From: an uncultured delta proteobacterium
GTDB lineage: Bacteria > Myxococcota_A > UBA9160 > SMWR01
Length of the DNA: 64,000 nucleotides
NCBI GenBank assembly: GCA_963832165.1
Contig: CAWHTE010000004.1
Span: 640,001-704,000, forward strand
Direction: 5' to 3'
This document shows positions 29,805 to 40,785 of the stretch, piece after piece; position 1 is the first letter of the stretch; every line of letters begins with the position of its first letter. The notes beneath the pieces are model-generated. The model saw only the letters and a list, made by a program, of their open reading frames with translations, searched no databases and was not told the origin of the DNA. A program made the translations under genes and the position numbers.

Positions 29805-31043
29805 ATGTCGTCCCCCCGCCCCCCGCTCGCCGGCCTGCGCGTGATCGAGAGCTCGCTGCTCGGCCCCGGCATGATCACCACCTATTTCTCCGATCTCGGT
29901 GCGCAGGTGATCAAGGTGGAGTCGCCCGAGGGCGACTACATCCGCGAGATGACCTGGCCGATCGTGCAGGGCGTCTCGCTCCTGCACCTGCACGTGCACC
30001 GCGGCAAGCAGTCGATCGCGCTCGACCTGCGCAAGCCCGAAGGTGCGGCGGTGTACCGCGATCTCGTGAAGACCGCGGACGTGGTGGTCGAGGCGATGCG
30101 CCCGGGCTCGCTCGCGCGGCGCGGCCTCGGCTACGACGAGCTGCGCGCGATCAACCCGAAGATCGTGTTCTGCAACATCTCGGGCTACGGGATGACCGGC
30201 CCCTACCAGAACCTGCCCGCGCACGGGATCGCGTTCGACACCTGGGGTGGGATCGTGAGCGCCGCGGTGGACGACGAGGGCTTCTCGTACATCCCCGAAC
30301 ACGCGTCGGTGGGCATGTACGCGGGTCCGATGTTCGGTGCGCTCGGGATCCTCGCCGCGGTGATCCGCGCGCGCGAGACGGGTCAGGGCTCGATGCTCGA
30401 GATCGCGCAGTCGGACGCCGCTGCGTACATGGACTGGTACCGGATCGAGAGCCACCGCGCGTACGAGCGGCCGGCGTCCGAGGTGACGGGCAACAAGTCC
30501 GACAACTACGAGCGCCGCGAGCCCGGTACCGCGGGCATGCGATCGGGCGTGCGCTACCAGATGTACGAAGCGAGCGACGGCCACGTGCTGTTCATGGCGT
30601 CCGAGCAGGCGTTCTGGAAGAACTTCTGCGCGTGCGTGGGACGGCTCGACCTGTTCGAGAAGTGGCCGGGCTCGAAATACGCCGACCACGCGCGCGGCAA
30701 CCGCGCGCTCCAGGCGGAGCTGCGCGAGATCTTTCGCACGAAGAGCTGCGAGGAGTGGATCCGCCTCGCCGACGAGCAGAACTTTCCGATCGCGCCCTGC
30801 AACACGCCGAAGACGATCGTCGCCGATCCTCAGTTCCAGGACCGCTTCCCCTGGTATTCGCACGAGAAGCACGGCGCCGACATGCTTCCGTTCCCGGTGA
30901 AGTTCATCGGTGAGGAGATGCCCGAGCCCGCCATGGCGCCGACCGTGGGCGAACAGACCGAGGCGGTCTGCCGCAGTGTGCTCGGCTACGACGCCGAGCA
31001 GATCTCGGCGCTGCGCAAGGCAGGCGTTTTCGGGAAGTCGTAG
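29805..31043 (+). CDS. CaiB/BaiF family CoA transferase
   Basis: PLAGLRVIE, DLGAQVIKVESPEGD, RGKQSIALDL, ISGYGMTGP. Confidence 0.92.
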   Translation: MSSPRPPLAGLRVIESSLLGPGMITTYFSDLGAQVIKVESPEGDYIREMTWPIVQGVSLLHLHVHRGKQSIALDLRKPEGAAVYRDLVKTADVVVEAMRPGSLARRGLGYDELRAINPKIVFCNISGYGMTGPYQNLPAHGIAFDTWGGIVSAAVDDEGFSYIPEHASVGMYAGPMFGALGILAAVIRARETGQGSMLEIAQSDAAAYMDWYRIESHRAYERPASEVTGNKSDNYERREPGTAGMRSGVRYQMYEASDGHVLFMASEQAFWKNFCACVGRLDLFEKWPGSKYADHARGNRALQAELREIFRTKSCEEWIRLADEQNFPIAPCNTPKTIVADPQFQDRFPWYSHEKHGADMLPFPVKFIGEEMPEPAMAPTVGEQTEAVCRSVLGYDAEQISALRKAGVFGKS

Positions 31044-31090
31044 CGGAGAATCCCTTCAAGCGATTGCGCGCGACGGCCGAAAGCGCGCGC

Positions 31091-31786
31091 ATGCGCAACG
31101 CTGCGATCGCCCACCGCGCGGACCGGATCCTCTCGCGACTGTTCCCGACCCGCTTCCGCGCCGGCGTGCGCGAAGGGCGCCACGGCCGCGTGGGCGCACC
31201 GGACCTGTGGCGGATGCAGCGCGCGTTCCAGATCGACTTCCTGCAGCGCATGGGCCTCGCCAAGCAGCACCGGCTGCTCGACGTGGGCTGCGGCACGCTG
31301 CGCGGCGGCCTGCCGCTGATTACCTATCTCTCCGCTGGGAATTACACGGGCATCGACGTGCGCGCGGAGATCATCGAGGAGGCGCGCCGCGAGCTCGAGG
31401 AGGCCCGGCTCGAGGAGCGCTATCCGCGCATCACCCATGTCGACTCGCTCGCAGGGCTCGACCTGCGCGCCGAGTACGACTTCCTCTGGGCATTCGGGGT
31501 GCTCATGCACCTCGAAGACCCGGATCTCGAGACCGCGTTCGCGTTCGCCGCGCGCCACCTCGGCGAGCGCGGCGTCTTCTACGCGAACGTCCACCTCGGC
31601 GACGGGCGGCTCGGCACGTGGGCCGGCTTCCCCGTGGTGGCGCGGCCGCTCGACTGGTACCGCTCGCGCGCGCACGAGGCGGGGCTCGCACTCGAGTCGC
31701 TCGGACGCCTGTGTGAGCTCGGCCACGTATCGGGCGACCGCAACTGCGACTCCCAGTTCATGCTGCGACTCCGCGGGCCGAAGTAG
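31091..31786 (+). CDS. Class I SAM-dependent methyltransferase
   Basis: LLDVGCGTLRGG, YTGID; start uncertain. Confidence 0.78.
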   Translation: MRNAAIAHRADRILSRLFPTRFRAGVREGRHGRVGAPDLWRMQRAFQIDFLQRMGLAKQHRLLDVGCGTLRGGLPLITYLSAGNYTGIDVRAEIIEEARRELEEARLEERYPRITHVDSLAGLDLRAEYDFLWAFGVLMHLEDPDLETAFAFAARHLGERGVFYANVHLGDGRLGTWAGFPVVARPLDWYRSRAHEAGLALESLGRLCELGHVSGDRNCDSQFMLRLRGPK

Positions 31787-32963
31787 CCGCGCCGAACGCG
31801 CCTTCGCGCGCGAGCGCGGCGAACGCGGCCGCGTCGATCGAGAGCACGCTCTCGAGCACCTCGCGCGTATGCTGGCCGAGCGCGCCGACCGCGGGTACCG
31901 CGCTGCAGTCGACGTCGCTGAAGCGGAACGGCGGGTTCAGCACCGCGAACTCGCCGCGCGTGTCCGAGATCGGCGCAAACGACCCGCGCTGCGTCAGGTG
32001 CTCGTCGTCGAGCACCTCGGCGGGCGTGCGGTAGCGCGAGCAGGGCAGGCCGGCCGCCACGATCGCGGCGACCACCTCGCCGGTATCGCGGCACGCCGCC
32101 CACTCGCCGAGCGCGCGCTCGATCTCGGCCTCGTTCTCGGCGATCCCGCGCCGCGACGCGAACGCGGGATCCGCGCACCACTCGGAGCGCCCGATCGCGG
32201 GATAGAGCGCGAGATAGTTGCGCGGCGAGACGAGCGGGATGATCACGAAGCCGTCGCGCGTGGACGTCGGCCGGAAGATCTTCGGCGCCACCGGCACGGG
32301 CGCCTGCGCCTCCTGGATCTGGATCGCGACCAGCGAGAGCATCGCCTCGAGCAGCGTCGTGTCGATCACGGCGCCCGGGCCCTCGCGCTCGCGCCGCAGC
32401 AGCGCGGTCTGGATCGCGCCGAACGCGTACACCGCGGCGACCACGTCGGCGATCATGATCGCGCTGGCGGGCGGCGCCTGGCTCCCGCCGTTCGCGCTCA
32501 TGAACGCGCGGTCGAAGCCCGAGAGCGCGTGGACGATCGGCGCGTAGGCCGCCTGCTGGCTCATCGGGCCGCCCTGGCCGAAGCCCGACACGCTGCAGTA
32601 GACGAGCCGCGGGTTCTGCGCGCGCAGCGCGTCCGCGCCGAGACCGAGGCGCGCCATCACGCCCGGGCGGAAGTTCTCGATCAGCACGTCGGCGGTCGCG
32701 ATCAGACGCCGCGCGATCTCAACTCCCGCAGGCGCCTTCAGGTCGAGCGCGATGCACTGCTTCCCGCAGTTGAAGTGGGCGAAGGTGCGGCTGATCCCGC
32801 CCGGGACGGGCGTCGAATGCCGGAGCACGTCGCCTTCGCCCGCGGCCTCGATCTTGATCACCTCGGCGCCGCAGTCGGCGAGCAGCCGGCCGCACCAGGG
32901 CCCGGCCACCAGCGTGGAGAAGTCGATCACGCGGATCCCGGCGAGCGGGCGGGTGCCTTCCAT
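31758..32963 (-). CDS. CaiB/BaiF family CoA transferase
   Basis: PLAGIRVIDFS, GAEVIKIE, ENFRPG, SVSGFGQ. Confidence 0.92.
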   Translation of the reverse strand: MEGTRPLAGIRVIDFSTLVAGPWCGRLLADCGAEVIKIEAAGEGDVLRHSTPVPGGISRTFAHFNCGKQCIALDLKAPAGVEIARRLIATADVLIENFRPGVMARLGLGADALRAQNPRLVYCSVSGFGQGGPMSQQAAYAPIVHALSGFDRAFMSANGGSQAPPASAIMIADVVAAVYAFGAIQTALLRREREGPGAVIDTTLLEAMLSLVAIQIQEAQAPVPVAPKIFRPTSTRDGFVIIPLVSPRNYLALYPAIGRSEWCADPAFASRRGIAENEAEIERALGEWAACRDTGEVVAAIVAAGLPCSRYRTPAEVLDDEHLTQRGSFAPISDTRGEFAVLNPPFRFSDVDCSAVPAVGALGQHTREVLESVLSIDAAAFAALAREGAFGAATSARGVAA

Positions 32964-32979
32964 GGAGAGGGAGGGTATT

Positions 32980-33003
32980 TACTTACTTGTTGGCTAGCAA
33001 GTA
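32980..33003. promoter_or_regulatory. Putative TetR operator (imperfect palindrome)
   Basis: TACTTACTTG-TTGG-CTAGCAAGTA, AT-rich, in the 54-bp gap between the divergent CoA transferase and TetR genes. Confidence 0.55.
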
Positions 33004-33017
33004 TCTTTGGAGCCGCG

Positions 33018-33683
33018 ATGGCGAAGAAACAGCTGCCTTCCGTGAAGCGACCCCGTCCGCAGGCCGAGCGGCGCGCGGAATCCGAGCGACGCCTGCTCGA
33101 CGCCGCGACCCAGCTGATCGCGGCGCAGGGCTTCTCGAAGACCACCCTGGCCCAGATCGGCGAGAAGGCCGGCTACAGCCGCGGTCTCGTGAACGAGCGC
33201 TTCGGCTCGAAGGGCGAGCTCGTGCGCGTGCTGGCCGACGAGTTCCAGACGTACTTCCAGTACGACCGGTTGTTCCCGGCCCTGGAGCACCAGCACGGGC
33301 TGGAAGCGCTGCTGATCACGATCGACACCTATCTCGACAGCGTCGTCCGGAGCGAGCACCTCGGGCGCGCCTACTACGGGCTGCTCGGCGAGTCGATCGG
33401 CCTCGTGCCCGAGATCCACGACACCTTCGTCGAGGCCGACCAGCTGCTGCGCGCGGCCGTCGAGCGCACGATCCAGTCGGCGATCCGCGCGGGCGACATC
33501 CCGGCCGACATGGATGCGAAGGCGTTCGCAGTGTTCGTGGTGGGGCTCCTGCGCGGCACCGTGATGCAGTGGCTGCTCGATCCAACCGGCTTCGATCTGG
33601 GCGCGGTGCGCGCGGTGATCCGGCGCACGTTCGAGAGCGCATTCAGCGGGTCGAAGCGCGTCGAGAAGAAGCCGCGGAGGTGA
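33018..33683 (+). CDS. TetR/AcrR family transcriptional regulator
   Basis: LLDAATQLIAAQGFSKTTLAQIGEKAGYSRGLVNERFGSK HTH. Confidence 0.92.
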   Translation: MAKKQLPSVKRPRPQAERRAESERRLLDAATQLIAAQGFSKTTLAQIGEKAGYSRGLVNERFGSKGELVRVLADEFQTYFQYDRLFPALEHQHGLEALLITIDTYLDSVVRSEHLGRAYYGLLGESIGLVPEIHDTFVEADQLLRAAVERTIQSAIRAGDIPADMDAKAFAVFVVGLLRGTVMQWLLDPTGFDLGAVRAVIRRTFESAFSGSKRVEKKPRR

Positions 33684-33686
33684 GCC

Positions 33687-34737
33687 ATGGGTGAAGTCCT
33701 CGGCGTCGGTACCACACATGTCCCGTACCTGATGAGCGCCCCCGAGAACCTGCTGCGCTTCCGCAAGATGCTGTGCGGCCTCGCTTCCTCGCTCACGGGG
33801 CAGCCGTTCGTCGATCCGCCCGAGGCGCTCGCGGAGATGGGCGACGATCCCGAGTCGGTCGCGCGCGAACACCACCGCCTGCACTGGGAGGCGTTCGCGC
33901 AGCTGCGCGCGCACATCCAGCGCGCGTCGCCCGACGCGATCCTGTTGATCGGCGACGACCAGGCCCAGGCCTTCCTGCCCAACAACATGCCGCCCTACGC
34001 GATCTACGTGGGCGCCGACGTCGACGCGACGCCGTTCCACGCCACGCGCATGCCCGGCGATGCCGAGTACGTGAAGCGCACCTGGGGCGTCGATCCGAGC
34101 CACACCTACAGCTGGGCGTGCCATGCGCCCGCGGCCGTCGCGCTGCGCGACGGCCTGATCCGGCGCGGCTTCGACATCGCGTCGACCGACGACCTGAACT
34201 CCGCGCACTGGAAGCACGGCCTGCCGCACGCGCACGCGAACACCCAGCTGTTCCTGCGCAACGACGAGGACCGCGTCCCGATCATCCCGCTGCTCGTGAA
34301 CTGCTACGGGCCCGACCTCGCGATCTTCGACCCCGAGGCGCGCGTGAATCCCGCTAGCGGCCGCCGCATACCCCGTAGCCCCCGCCTCGCGGCGCCTCTA
34401 CGCGATGGGCGAGGCGATCCGCGAGATCGTCGAAGCGTCGCCCTGGCGTGTGATGGTGTGCCCGAGCTCCACGTGGTCGCACACCTGGCTCGCGGCGCGC
34501 TTCGGGCGCATGCGCATGGACGCCGAGGGCAACCTCGCGCTCATGCGCGCCCTCGAGCGCGGAGAGGGAAGCGTGTTGCGCGACTACGACAGCCCCGAGA
34601 TCGAGGCCAACGGCGACCACGAGCTGCGCAACTGGATCGTGGCCGCGGGCGCGATGGGCACGCGCAAGCTCGAGGTGATCTGGTATCGCGCGTCCTGGGT
34701 TTCGACGGGCTTCCGCGTGTTCGGCGTGTGGCATTAG
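33687..34737 (+). CDS. Extradiol ring-cleavage dioxygenase, LigB/MhpB-like (frameshift near 34350-34400)
   Basis: GVGTTHVP, PDAILLIGDDQ, GLPHA, IIPLLVNCY; second frame gives SSTWSH and NGDHELRNWI. Confidence 0.75.
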
Positions 34738-34740
34738 AAC

Positions 34741-35748
34741 ATGTGCACGGTCGACCTTCACAACCACATGGTGACGGAGGAGGTCGTCGCGTTCCTCGCG
34801 CGCGAGGGCGCGCGGCTCGACACGAAGATCGTCGACACCCGCGAGGGGCGCTTCGCGCGGATCGGCGATGCCGCGGTGCGCCCGCTGCACGCGCGCATGT
34901 GCGATCCGGCCGCGCGGATCGCCGACATGGACCCGCTCGGCATCGACGTGCAGGCGGTCTCCTGCACGCCATTCGTGCTCTACGCCGACGCGCCCGCCGA
35001 TGTCGCGCTCGCGGTGGCGCAGGCCAACAATGACTCGCTCGCGGGCGTAGCGCGCGCGCACCCGACGCGCTTCGCGCCGCTCGCCTCGGTGCCGCTCCAA
35101 ACCCCCGAGGCGGCTGCGCGCGAGCTGACTCGCGCAGCGGGGCTCGGGCTGCGCGGCGTGGAGATCCCCGCGCGCGCGGGCGAGCTCGAGCTCGACGATG
35201 TGCGGCTCGAACCGTTCTGGTCCGCCGCGGAAGAGCTCGCGCTGCCGATCTGCATCCATCCGTTCGAGGCCTCGCCGCGCGGTGCATTCGCGCGCTATGC
35301 GCTCTCGCCGCTGGTCGGGAATCTGTTCGACACGGGCCTCGCGGCGTCGCTGCTCGTGCTGGGCGGCGTGCTCGCGCGCCACCCGCGGCTCCGTGTGGTG
35401 CTCTATCACGGCGGCGGCACGTTCGCGGCGCTGCTCGCGCGAATCGAGAAGGGCTACGAGCTGATCGCGGAGACGCGCGCGGCGGCGCCCGAGCCTCCCT
35501 CCGCCTACCTCGAGCAATTCTGGCTCGACACCGTGACGTTCGATCGCGGCTGGCTCGGCTATCTGGTCGAGCGTTTCGGCGCCGAACACATCGTGCTCGG
35601 CAGCGACTACCCGCTGCCGCTCGGTCCCCGCGACCCGGTCGCGGAGGTGCGCGCGCTCGGGCTCTCGAGCGAGCAGGAGCGCGCCGTGCTCGGCGCGAAC
35701 GCATGCGGCCTGCTCGGAATCGCGGGCCGCGCGGAGGTGGCCGCATGA
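34741..35748 (+). CDS. Amidohydrolase-2 family, ACMSD-like decarboxylase/hydratase
   Basis: VDLHNH, ICIHP, HGGGT, LGSDYP. Confidence 0.87.
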   Translation: MCTVDLHNHMVTEEVVAFLAREGARLDTKIVDTREGRFARIGDAAVRPLHARMCDPAARIADMDPLGIDVQAVSCTPFVLYADAPADVALAVAQANNDSLAGVARAHPTRFAPLASVPLQTPEAAARELTRAAGLGLRGVEIPARAGELELDDVRLEPFWSAAEELALPICIHPFEASPRGAFARYALSPLVGNLFDTGLAASLLVLGGVLARHPRLRVVLYHGGGTFAALLARIEKGYELIAETRAAAPEPPSAYLEQFWLDTVTFDRGWLGYLVERFGAEHIVLGSDYPLPLGPRDPVAEVRALGLSSEQERAVLGANACGLLGIAGRAEVAA

Positions 35749-36552
35749 GGCTCGCCGGCAGGGTCGCGGTGATCACGGGGACGAGCCCCAACATCGGCGG
35801 CGGAATCGCCGAGATGCCTGGCGGACGAGGGCGCGGCGGTGGCCTGCATCGACGCGGTGAAGGAGAACGCAGAGGACTGCGCCGCCGCGCTGCGCAAGGC
35901 CGGCGCGCGCTCGCTCGCGATCACGGCCGACGTGAGCGACGAGCGCGAGGTCGCCGCGGCGTTCGCGCGCATCGCGAACGAGCTCGGCGCCGTCGACGTG
36001 CTCGTGAACAACGCGGCGATCTTCAACCAGAAGGGCGTGCTCGACATGCCGCTCGCCGAGTGGTCGCGCCAGCTCGCCGTGATCCTCGACGGCACATTCC
36101 TGTGCACGGCGGCCGCGGCGCGCGCGATGGTCGAGCGCAAGCAGGGCGGCGCGATCGTCAACGTGATCTCGACCGCGGGCCATCAGGGCCAGCCGCGCAA
36201 CGTGGGCTACTGCACCGCGAAGTCCGGCCTGCTCAACTTCACGCGCTCGGTGGCGATGGAGCTCGCGCCGCACGGGATCCGCGTGAACAGCCTCACGCCG
36301 ACCGCGACCGACCCCAGCGAGTCGCTCGACCGCGCCGAACGCTGGGGGCGCAAGCGCCCGTCCGAGCGCGTCGTGCAGGCGTTCGAGGCGTTCCGGCGCG
36401 GCGTCCCGATGCAGCGCCTGCCCGTACCGAGCGACTACGGGCGCGCGGTGGTCTACCTGGCGAGCGACGACGCGCGCAGCGTGACGGGCACCGATCTGCG
36501 CGTGGATGCGGGCGCGGTCGCGCGGTATTGGGCGTGGAATCCCGAGCCGTGA
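35745..36552 (+). CDS. SDR oxidoreductase (frameshift near 35815)
   Basis: MRLAGRVAVITGTSPNIGGG in one frame; VNNAA and YCTAK in the next. Confidence 0.82.
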
Positions 36553-36565
36553 GCTGGGAGGGGAC

Positions 36566-37693
36566 ATGTTTGATCTGACGGTCGGCGACGAGGGCCACAC
36601 GCTCGTCGAGCTGGTTCATGGGTTTGCGGAGCGCGAGCTGCGCGCGGCCGCGCGCGACGCGGAGCGTGCGCGCGCGGTGCCGTCTGCGGTCGCGAACGCG
36701 CTGCACGCAATCGGCGTCGCGTGCCCGATTCCCGAGGCCCTGGGCGGACAGGGCGAGCCAGACCTCGTGACCTACTTGATGATCGCCGAGGAGCTCGCGT
36801 GGGGAGATCCCGGGATCGCCTACGCGGCGCTCGGAGCGAGCCACGCCGCGCTGCTCATCGCGCGCTGCGGCACGCCCGAGCAGCAGCAGGCGCTGCTGCC
36901 GCGCTTCGTGGGCGCCGAGGCTCCCGCGGCCTCGGTGCTGCTGCACGAGGGATTCGGCCGCGCCCCGTCCGAGCTGCGCACGCGCGCGGAGCGCACGGCG
37001 CGCGGCTGGGCGCTCACGGGACAGAAGGCGGAGGCGCTGCTCGTGGGCCCGGACGGCCTCTCGCTGGTCGTCGCGCAGCGCGCGGATACGGGCACGCTCG
37101 GCGCGTTCATCCTGGTCGGGGAGCCGTACGGGCTGCGCATCACGCGCGACGACCGCGCGCTAGGGCGGATCGGTCTGTGCTGCGCGCCGACCGGCGCCGT
37201 GGCGCTCGAGCGTGTCGAGCTGCCGTACGACGCGCTGCTCGCGGGCGGCGACGAGCTCGCGCTCGCGCGCGCGCTGGCCTGGGTGCGCCTCGCGCTGCCC
37301 GCGCTCGCGATCGGCTGCGCGCGCGCTTCGCTCGAGTTCGCGCGGCGCTATGCGACCGAGCGCGTTGCGTTCGGCCGTCCGATCGCGGCGTTCCAGGGCG
37401 TCGCGTTCCCGCTCGCCGACCAGGACATGGCGGTCGAGGCCGCGCGGCTCGAGCTCTGGGAGGTCGCGCGCGCCGTGGAGCACAGCGACGACGCGACGCT
37501 GATCGAGCGGCTGTGCGGCGGCGCGATCGCGCACGCGGGTGAGGCCGCGCTGCGAGCCACGCGCGAGGGCGTACAGACACTCGGTGGCCACGGCTTCATC
37601 GCCGACTACCCGATCGAGCGCTGGTACCGCGACGCGGCCGCGCTGGCCGCGATCGACTACGACCCCGCCGCGTCGGCGGTGTCGTTCCTCTGA
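36566..37693 (+). CDS. Acyl-CoA dehydrogenase family protein
   Basis: EELAWGD, RVAFGRPIAAFQGV, QTLGGHGFIADYPIERWYRD. Confidence 0.88.
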   Translation: MFDLTVGDEGHTLVELVHGFAERELRAAARDAERARAVPSAVANALHAIGVACPIPEALGGQGEPDLVTYLMIAEELAWGDPGIAYAALGASHAALLIARCGTPEQQQALLPRFVGAEAPAASVLLHEGFGRAPSELRTRAERTARGWALTGQKAEALLVGPDGLSLVVAQRADTGTLGAFILVGEPYGLRITRDDRALGRIGLCCAPTGAVALERVELPYDALLAGGDELALARALAWVRLALPALAIGCARASLEFARRYATERVAFGRPIAAFQGVAFPLADQDMAVEAARLELWEVARAVEHSDDATLIERLCGGAIAHAGEAALRATREGVQTLGGHGFIADYPIERWYRDAAALAAIDYDPAASAVSFL

Positions 37694-37703
37694 GGAGACC
37701 TGC

Positions 37704-38924
37704 ATGAGCATCGAGCTGCGCTTCTCGCGCGCGACCGAAGAGCTGCGCGACCACGTACGCGAGTGGTCGGTGACCCAGGCGCGGCCGCTCGCGCGCGAGG
37801 CGGATCGCCGCCACGCCGCGCCCGAGGGTGCGGAGGCGGTGCTGGCCGCGTGCCCGGTCGGACTGGGCTTCCCACTGCGCAACGTGCCGGGCGGCCCGCT
37901 CGACGCGGCGTTCTCGGCCGACGGCTCCTATCTGGTCACGGCGCTGCTCCAGGAGGCGATCGCCTACGGCGACGGGTGGCCGCTCTGGACCAACGGCGGC
38001 TCGATCGGGCAGAACGTGGTCAAGGGGATGGGCACGCCCGCGCAGAAGGAGCGCTGGGTCGGCGGCCTCGCGCGCGGCGAGTTCCGCTTCGCGGCGTTCG
38101 CGTTGACCGAGCCGCACTTCGGCTCGGACATCGCCCAGGTGGCGACCACGGCCACGCGCGTCGGCGACACCTGGGTGATCAACGGCACGAAGATGTACTG
38201 CAGCATGGGAGCGTCCGCGGACTACGTGGTCGTGTTCGCGACGATCGACAAGAACGCGGGCCGCCACGGGATCCGCGCGTTCGTGGTCGAGCGCGGGACA
38301 CCCGGCATGAAGGTGGCGAAGCGCAACGAGGAGAAGCTCGGCATCCGCTGTGCGGAGACCTCGGAGCTGCTGTTCGAGAGCTGCGCGGTTCCGCTCGACC
38401 ACTGTCTGGGCTTCACCGGCGAGGCGAAGGAGCACAGTGGGGGCGACCGCAAGCAGAGCGGCTTCCTGGGCGCCGTCACCACGCTCGGCACCACGCGTCC
38501 GCTGCTTGCCGGGATCAGCCTCGGCCTCGCGCGCGCGGCCAAGGACGTCGCTGCGGAGTGGGTCGCCAAGCGGCGCAGCGACTTCACGGGCGCCCGGCTC
38601 GCGCGCGTCGACGACGAGTTCGCGCGCATGGACGCCGCGCTCGACCACGGCCGCCGGCTCGTGCTGCGCGCGGCCTGGATGAAGGACCAGAAGATCCCGA
38701 ACACGCGCGAGGCGTCGGCCGCGAAGGCCTACGGCCCGCCGATCGCCGAGCGCGTGATCCGGCGCGCGATGCAGATCATGGGGCCCGACGGCGCCTCGGA
38801 GCGCTACCTGGTCGAGAAGTGGCATCGCGACGTGAAGATCTACGACATCTTCGAGGGCTCGGGCCAGGTCATGCGCATCACGATGAGCCGCGAGCGCATG
38901 GGCGCGTCGGCGGCGCGGGGTTAG
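37704..38924 (+). CDS. Acyl-CoA dehydrogenase family protein
   Basis: FALTEPHFGSD, WVINGTK, KLGIR, EKWHRDVKIYDIFEG. Confidence 0.92.
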   Translation: MSIELRFSRATEELRDHVREWSVTQARPLAREADRRHAAPEGAEAVLAACPVGLGFPLRNVPGGPLDAAFSADGSYLVTALLQEAIAYGDGWPLWTNGGSIGQNVVKGMGTPAQKERWVGGLARGEFRFAAFALTEPHFGSDIAQVATTATRVGDTWVINGTKMYCSMGASADYVVVFATIDKNAGRHGIRAFVVERGTPGMKVAKRNEEKLGIRCAETSELLFESCAVPLDHCLGFTGEAKEHSGGDRKQSGFLGAVTTLGTTRPLLAGISLGLARAAKDVAAEWVAKRRSDFTGARLARVDDEFARMDAALDHGRRLVLRAAWMKDQKIPNTREASAAKAYGPPIAERVIRRAMQIMGPDGASERYLVEKWHRDVKIYDIFEGSGQVMRITMSRERMGASAARG

Positions 38925-38936
38925 GCGGAGGAAGCG

Positions 38937-40268
38937 ATGGCGACTCGCGAGCGATACATCGACGACGACGCGGGGCAGGGCATCTTCCGCGTGTGCCGAC
39001 GGGCGTTCCTCGATCCGGACGTGCTCGCGGCCGAGCGCGAGCGGATCTTCGACCACGCCTGGCTCTATCTCGGGCACGAGTCCGAGGTGGCCGCGCCGGG
39101 TGATTTCCGCACGCGCGAGCTGGGCGCGCGCCGGATCGTGTTCGTGCGCGGCAAGGACCGCGCCGTGCGCGCGCTGCTCAACTCGTGCACACACCGCGGT
39201 GCCGAGGTGTGCCGCGAGCGCTCCGGGAACGCGCGGAGCTTCCAGTGCTTCTATCACGGCTGGACGTTCGGCAACGACGGGCGGCTGATCGGCGTGCCCG
39301 GCGACGAGGCCTACGCGCCCGGCTTCTCGCGCGAGCGGCTCGGGCTGCGCGAGGCGCCGCGGCTCGAGCAGTACCGCGGCTTCTATTTCGTGAGCTTCGA
39401 TCCCGAGATCGTCCCGCTGCGCGAATACCTCACGGGCGCGGCGGAATATCTCGACCTCATCGTGGACCAGTCCGAGCTCGGCATGGAGATCGTGGGCGGC
39501 ACGCAGTCGTATGCGATCAATGCGAACTGGAAGCTGCTCGTCGAGAACAGCTACGACGGCTACCACGCCAACGTCGCGCACGCGCGCTACCTGAAGTGGC
39601 TCGCGTCGACCGGAGCGGTCGGGCTGCCGCGTGGCACGACCTGGAACCGCGCGCGCTCGCTCGGCAACGGGCATGCCGTGGTCGAGTACACCGCCGCGTG
39701 GGGGCGCCCGATCGCGCACTGGGTGCCGTCTTTCGGCGAGGACGCCGCACCCGAGATCGCGGAGATCCGCGCGAAGCTCGAGGAGCGGCTGGGTGCCGAG
39801 CGCGCGCACCGGATCGCCACGACGAGCCGCAACCTCGGGATCTTCCCCAATCTCGTCGTGAACGACATCATGGCGATCACGGTTCGCACGTTCCATCCGA
39901 TCGCGCCCGGGCGCATGCATGTGGAGGCGTGGTCCCTCGCACCGCGCGGCGAGGCGCCCGCGCACCGCAAGCACCGGCTCGAGAACTTCCTGACCTTCCT
40001 GGGCCCCGGCGGGTTCGCGACACCCGACGACATCGAGGGCCTCGAGTCGTGCCAGCGCGCCTACCAGGGAACGCCCGAGGACTGGAACGACCTGTCCCGC
40101 GACGCGCTGAGGCCCGACCCGCCGATCACGGGCGAGCACCAGATGCGTACGTTCTGGCGACACTGGCAGGAGCGCATGACGCCGCAGAAGGCGCTCGAGG
40201 AGGCGCGCCAGCAAGTTTCGCGCAGCGAGCCAAAGGCGAGCGGAGACCAGCAGTATGCAGCCGGTTAG
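38937..40268 (+). CDS. Rieske aromatic ring-hydroxylating dioxygenase alpha subunit (benzoate/p-cumate-like)
   Basis: CTHRG...CFYHGW Rieske motif; NWKLLVENSYDGYHANVAH iron site; PDD. Confidence 0.93.
   Translation: MATRERYIDDDAGQGIFRVCRRAFLDPDVLAAERERIFDHAWLYLGHESEVAAPGDFRTRELGARRIVFVRGKDRAVRALLNSCTHRGAEVCRERSGNARSFQCFYHGWTFGNDGRLIGVPGDEAYAPGFSRERLGLREAPRLEQYRGFYFVSFDPEIVPLREYLTGAAEYLDLIVDQSELGMEIVGGTQSYAINANWKLLVENSYDGYHANVAHARYLKWLASTGAVGLPRGTTWNRARSLGNGHAVVEYTAAWGRPIAHWVPSFGEDAAPEIAEIRAKLEERLGAERAHRIATTSRNLGIFPNLVVNDIMAITVRTFHPIAPGRMHVEAWSLAPRGEAPAHRKHRLENFLTFLGPGGFATPDDIEGLESCQRAYQGTPEDWNDLSRDALRPDPPITGEHQMRTFWRHWQERMTPQKALEEARQQVSRSEPKASGDQQYAAG
40211..40249 (+). repeat. Intragenic ~40-bp repeat, copy 1
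   Basis: GCAAGTTTCGCGCAGCGAGCCAAAGGCGAGCGGAGACCA, read as QVSRSEPKASGDQ. Confidence 0.85.
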
Positions 40269-40770
40269 TGCGATCACGGCGCTTCCGGCCGCCGATCTCA
40301 CGCGCGGCGAGATCGAGGACTTCCTCTACGAAGAGGCGGCGCTGCTCGACGAGTGGCGGCTCGCCGAATGGCACGCGCTGTTCACGGAGGACGCGACCTA
40401 CCGGGTTCCCTCGACCGACGTGCCGGATGCCGACCCGGAAGACACCCTGTTCCTGATCGACGACGACGCGGCGCGGCTGCGCTCGCGCGTCGAGCAGCTG
40501 CTCGGCAAGTCGACCTGGTCCGAGAACCCGCACTCGCGCACGCGGCGGCTCGTCACGAACGTGCGGATCCGCAAGACCGAGGGCGCGCGCGCGTGGGTGA
40601 CGGCGAACTTCGCCGTCTACCGCATGCGCACGAACCAGGTCGCCACCTACGTGGGGCGCTACGAGTACGTGCTCGAGCGCCGCGGGGACGGCCTGCGCAT
40701 CGAGCAGCGACGCGCAGTCCTCGATCTCGAATCGCTGCGCGACGTCGGCAAGATCAGCTTCATCCTCTAA
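40255..40770 (+). CDS. Aromatic ring-hydroxylating dioxygenase beta subunit
   Basis: FLYEEAALLDEWRL, SENPHSRTRRLVTNV. Confidence 0.92.
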   Translation: MQPVSAITALPAADLTRGEIEDFLYEEAALLDEWRLAEWHALFTEDATYRVPSTDVPDADPEDTLFLIDDDAARLRSRVEQLLGKSTWSENPHSRTRRLVTNVRIRKTEGARAWVTANFAVYRMRTNQVATYVGRYEYVLERRGDGLRIEQRRAVLDLESLRDVGKISFIL

Positions 40771-40785
40771 AGGAGAACTTCAACC

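Noticed and set aside
34350..35830. Programmed ribosomal frameshifting in the LigB-like and SDR genes
   Set aside because: No slippery heptamers are visible, and similar indels are scattered across the window, which favours sequence error.
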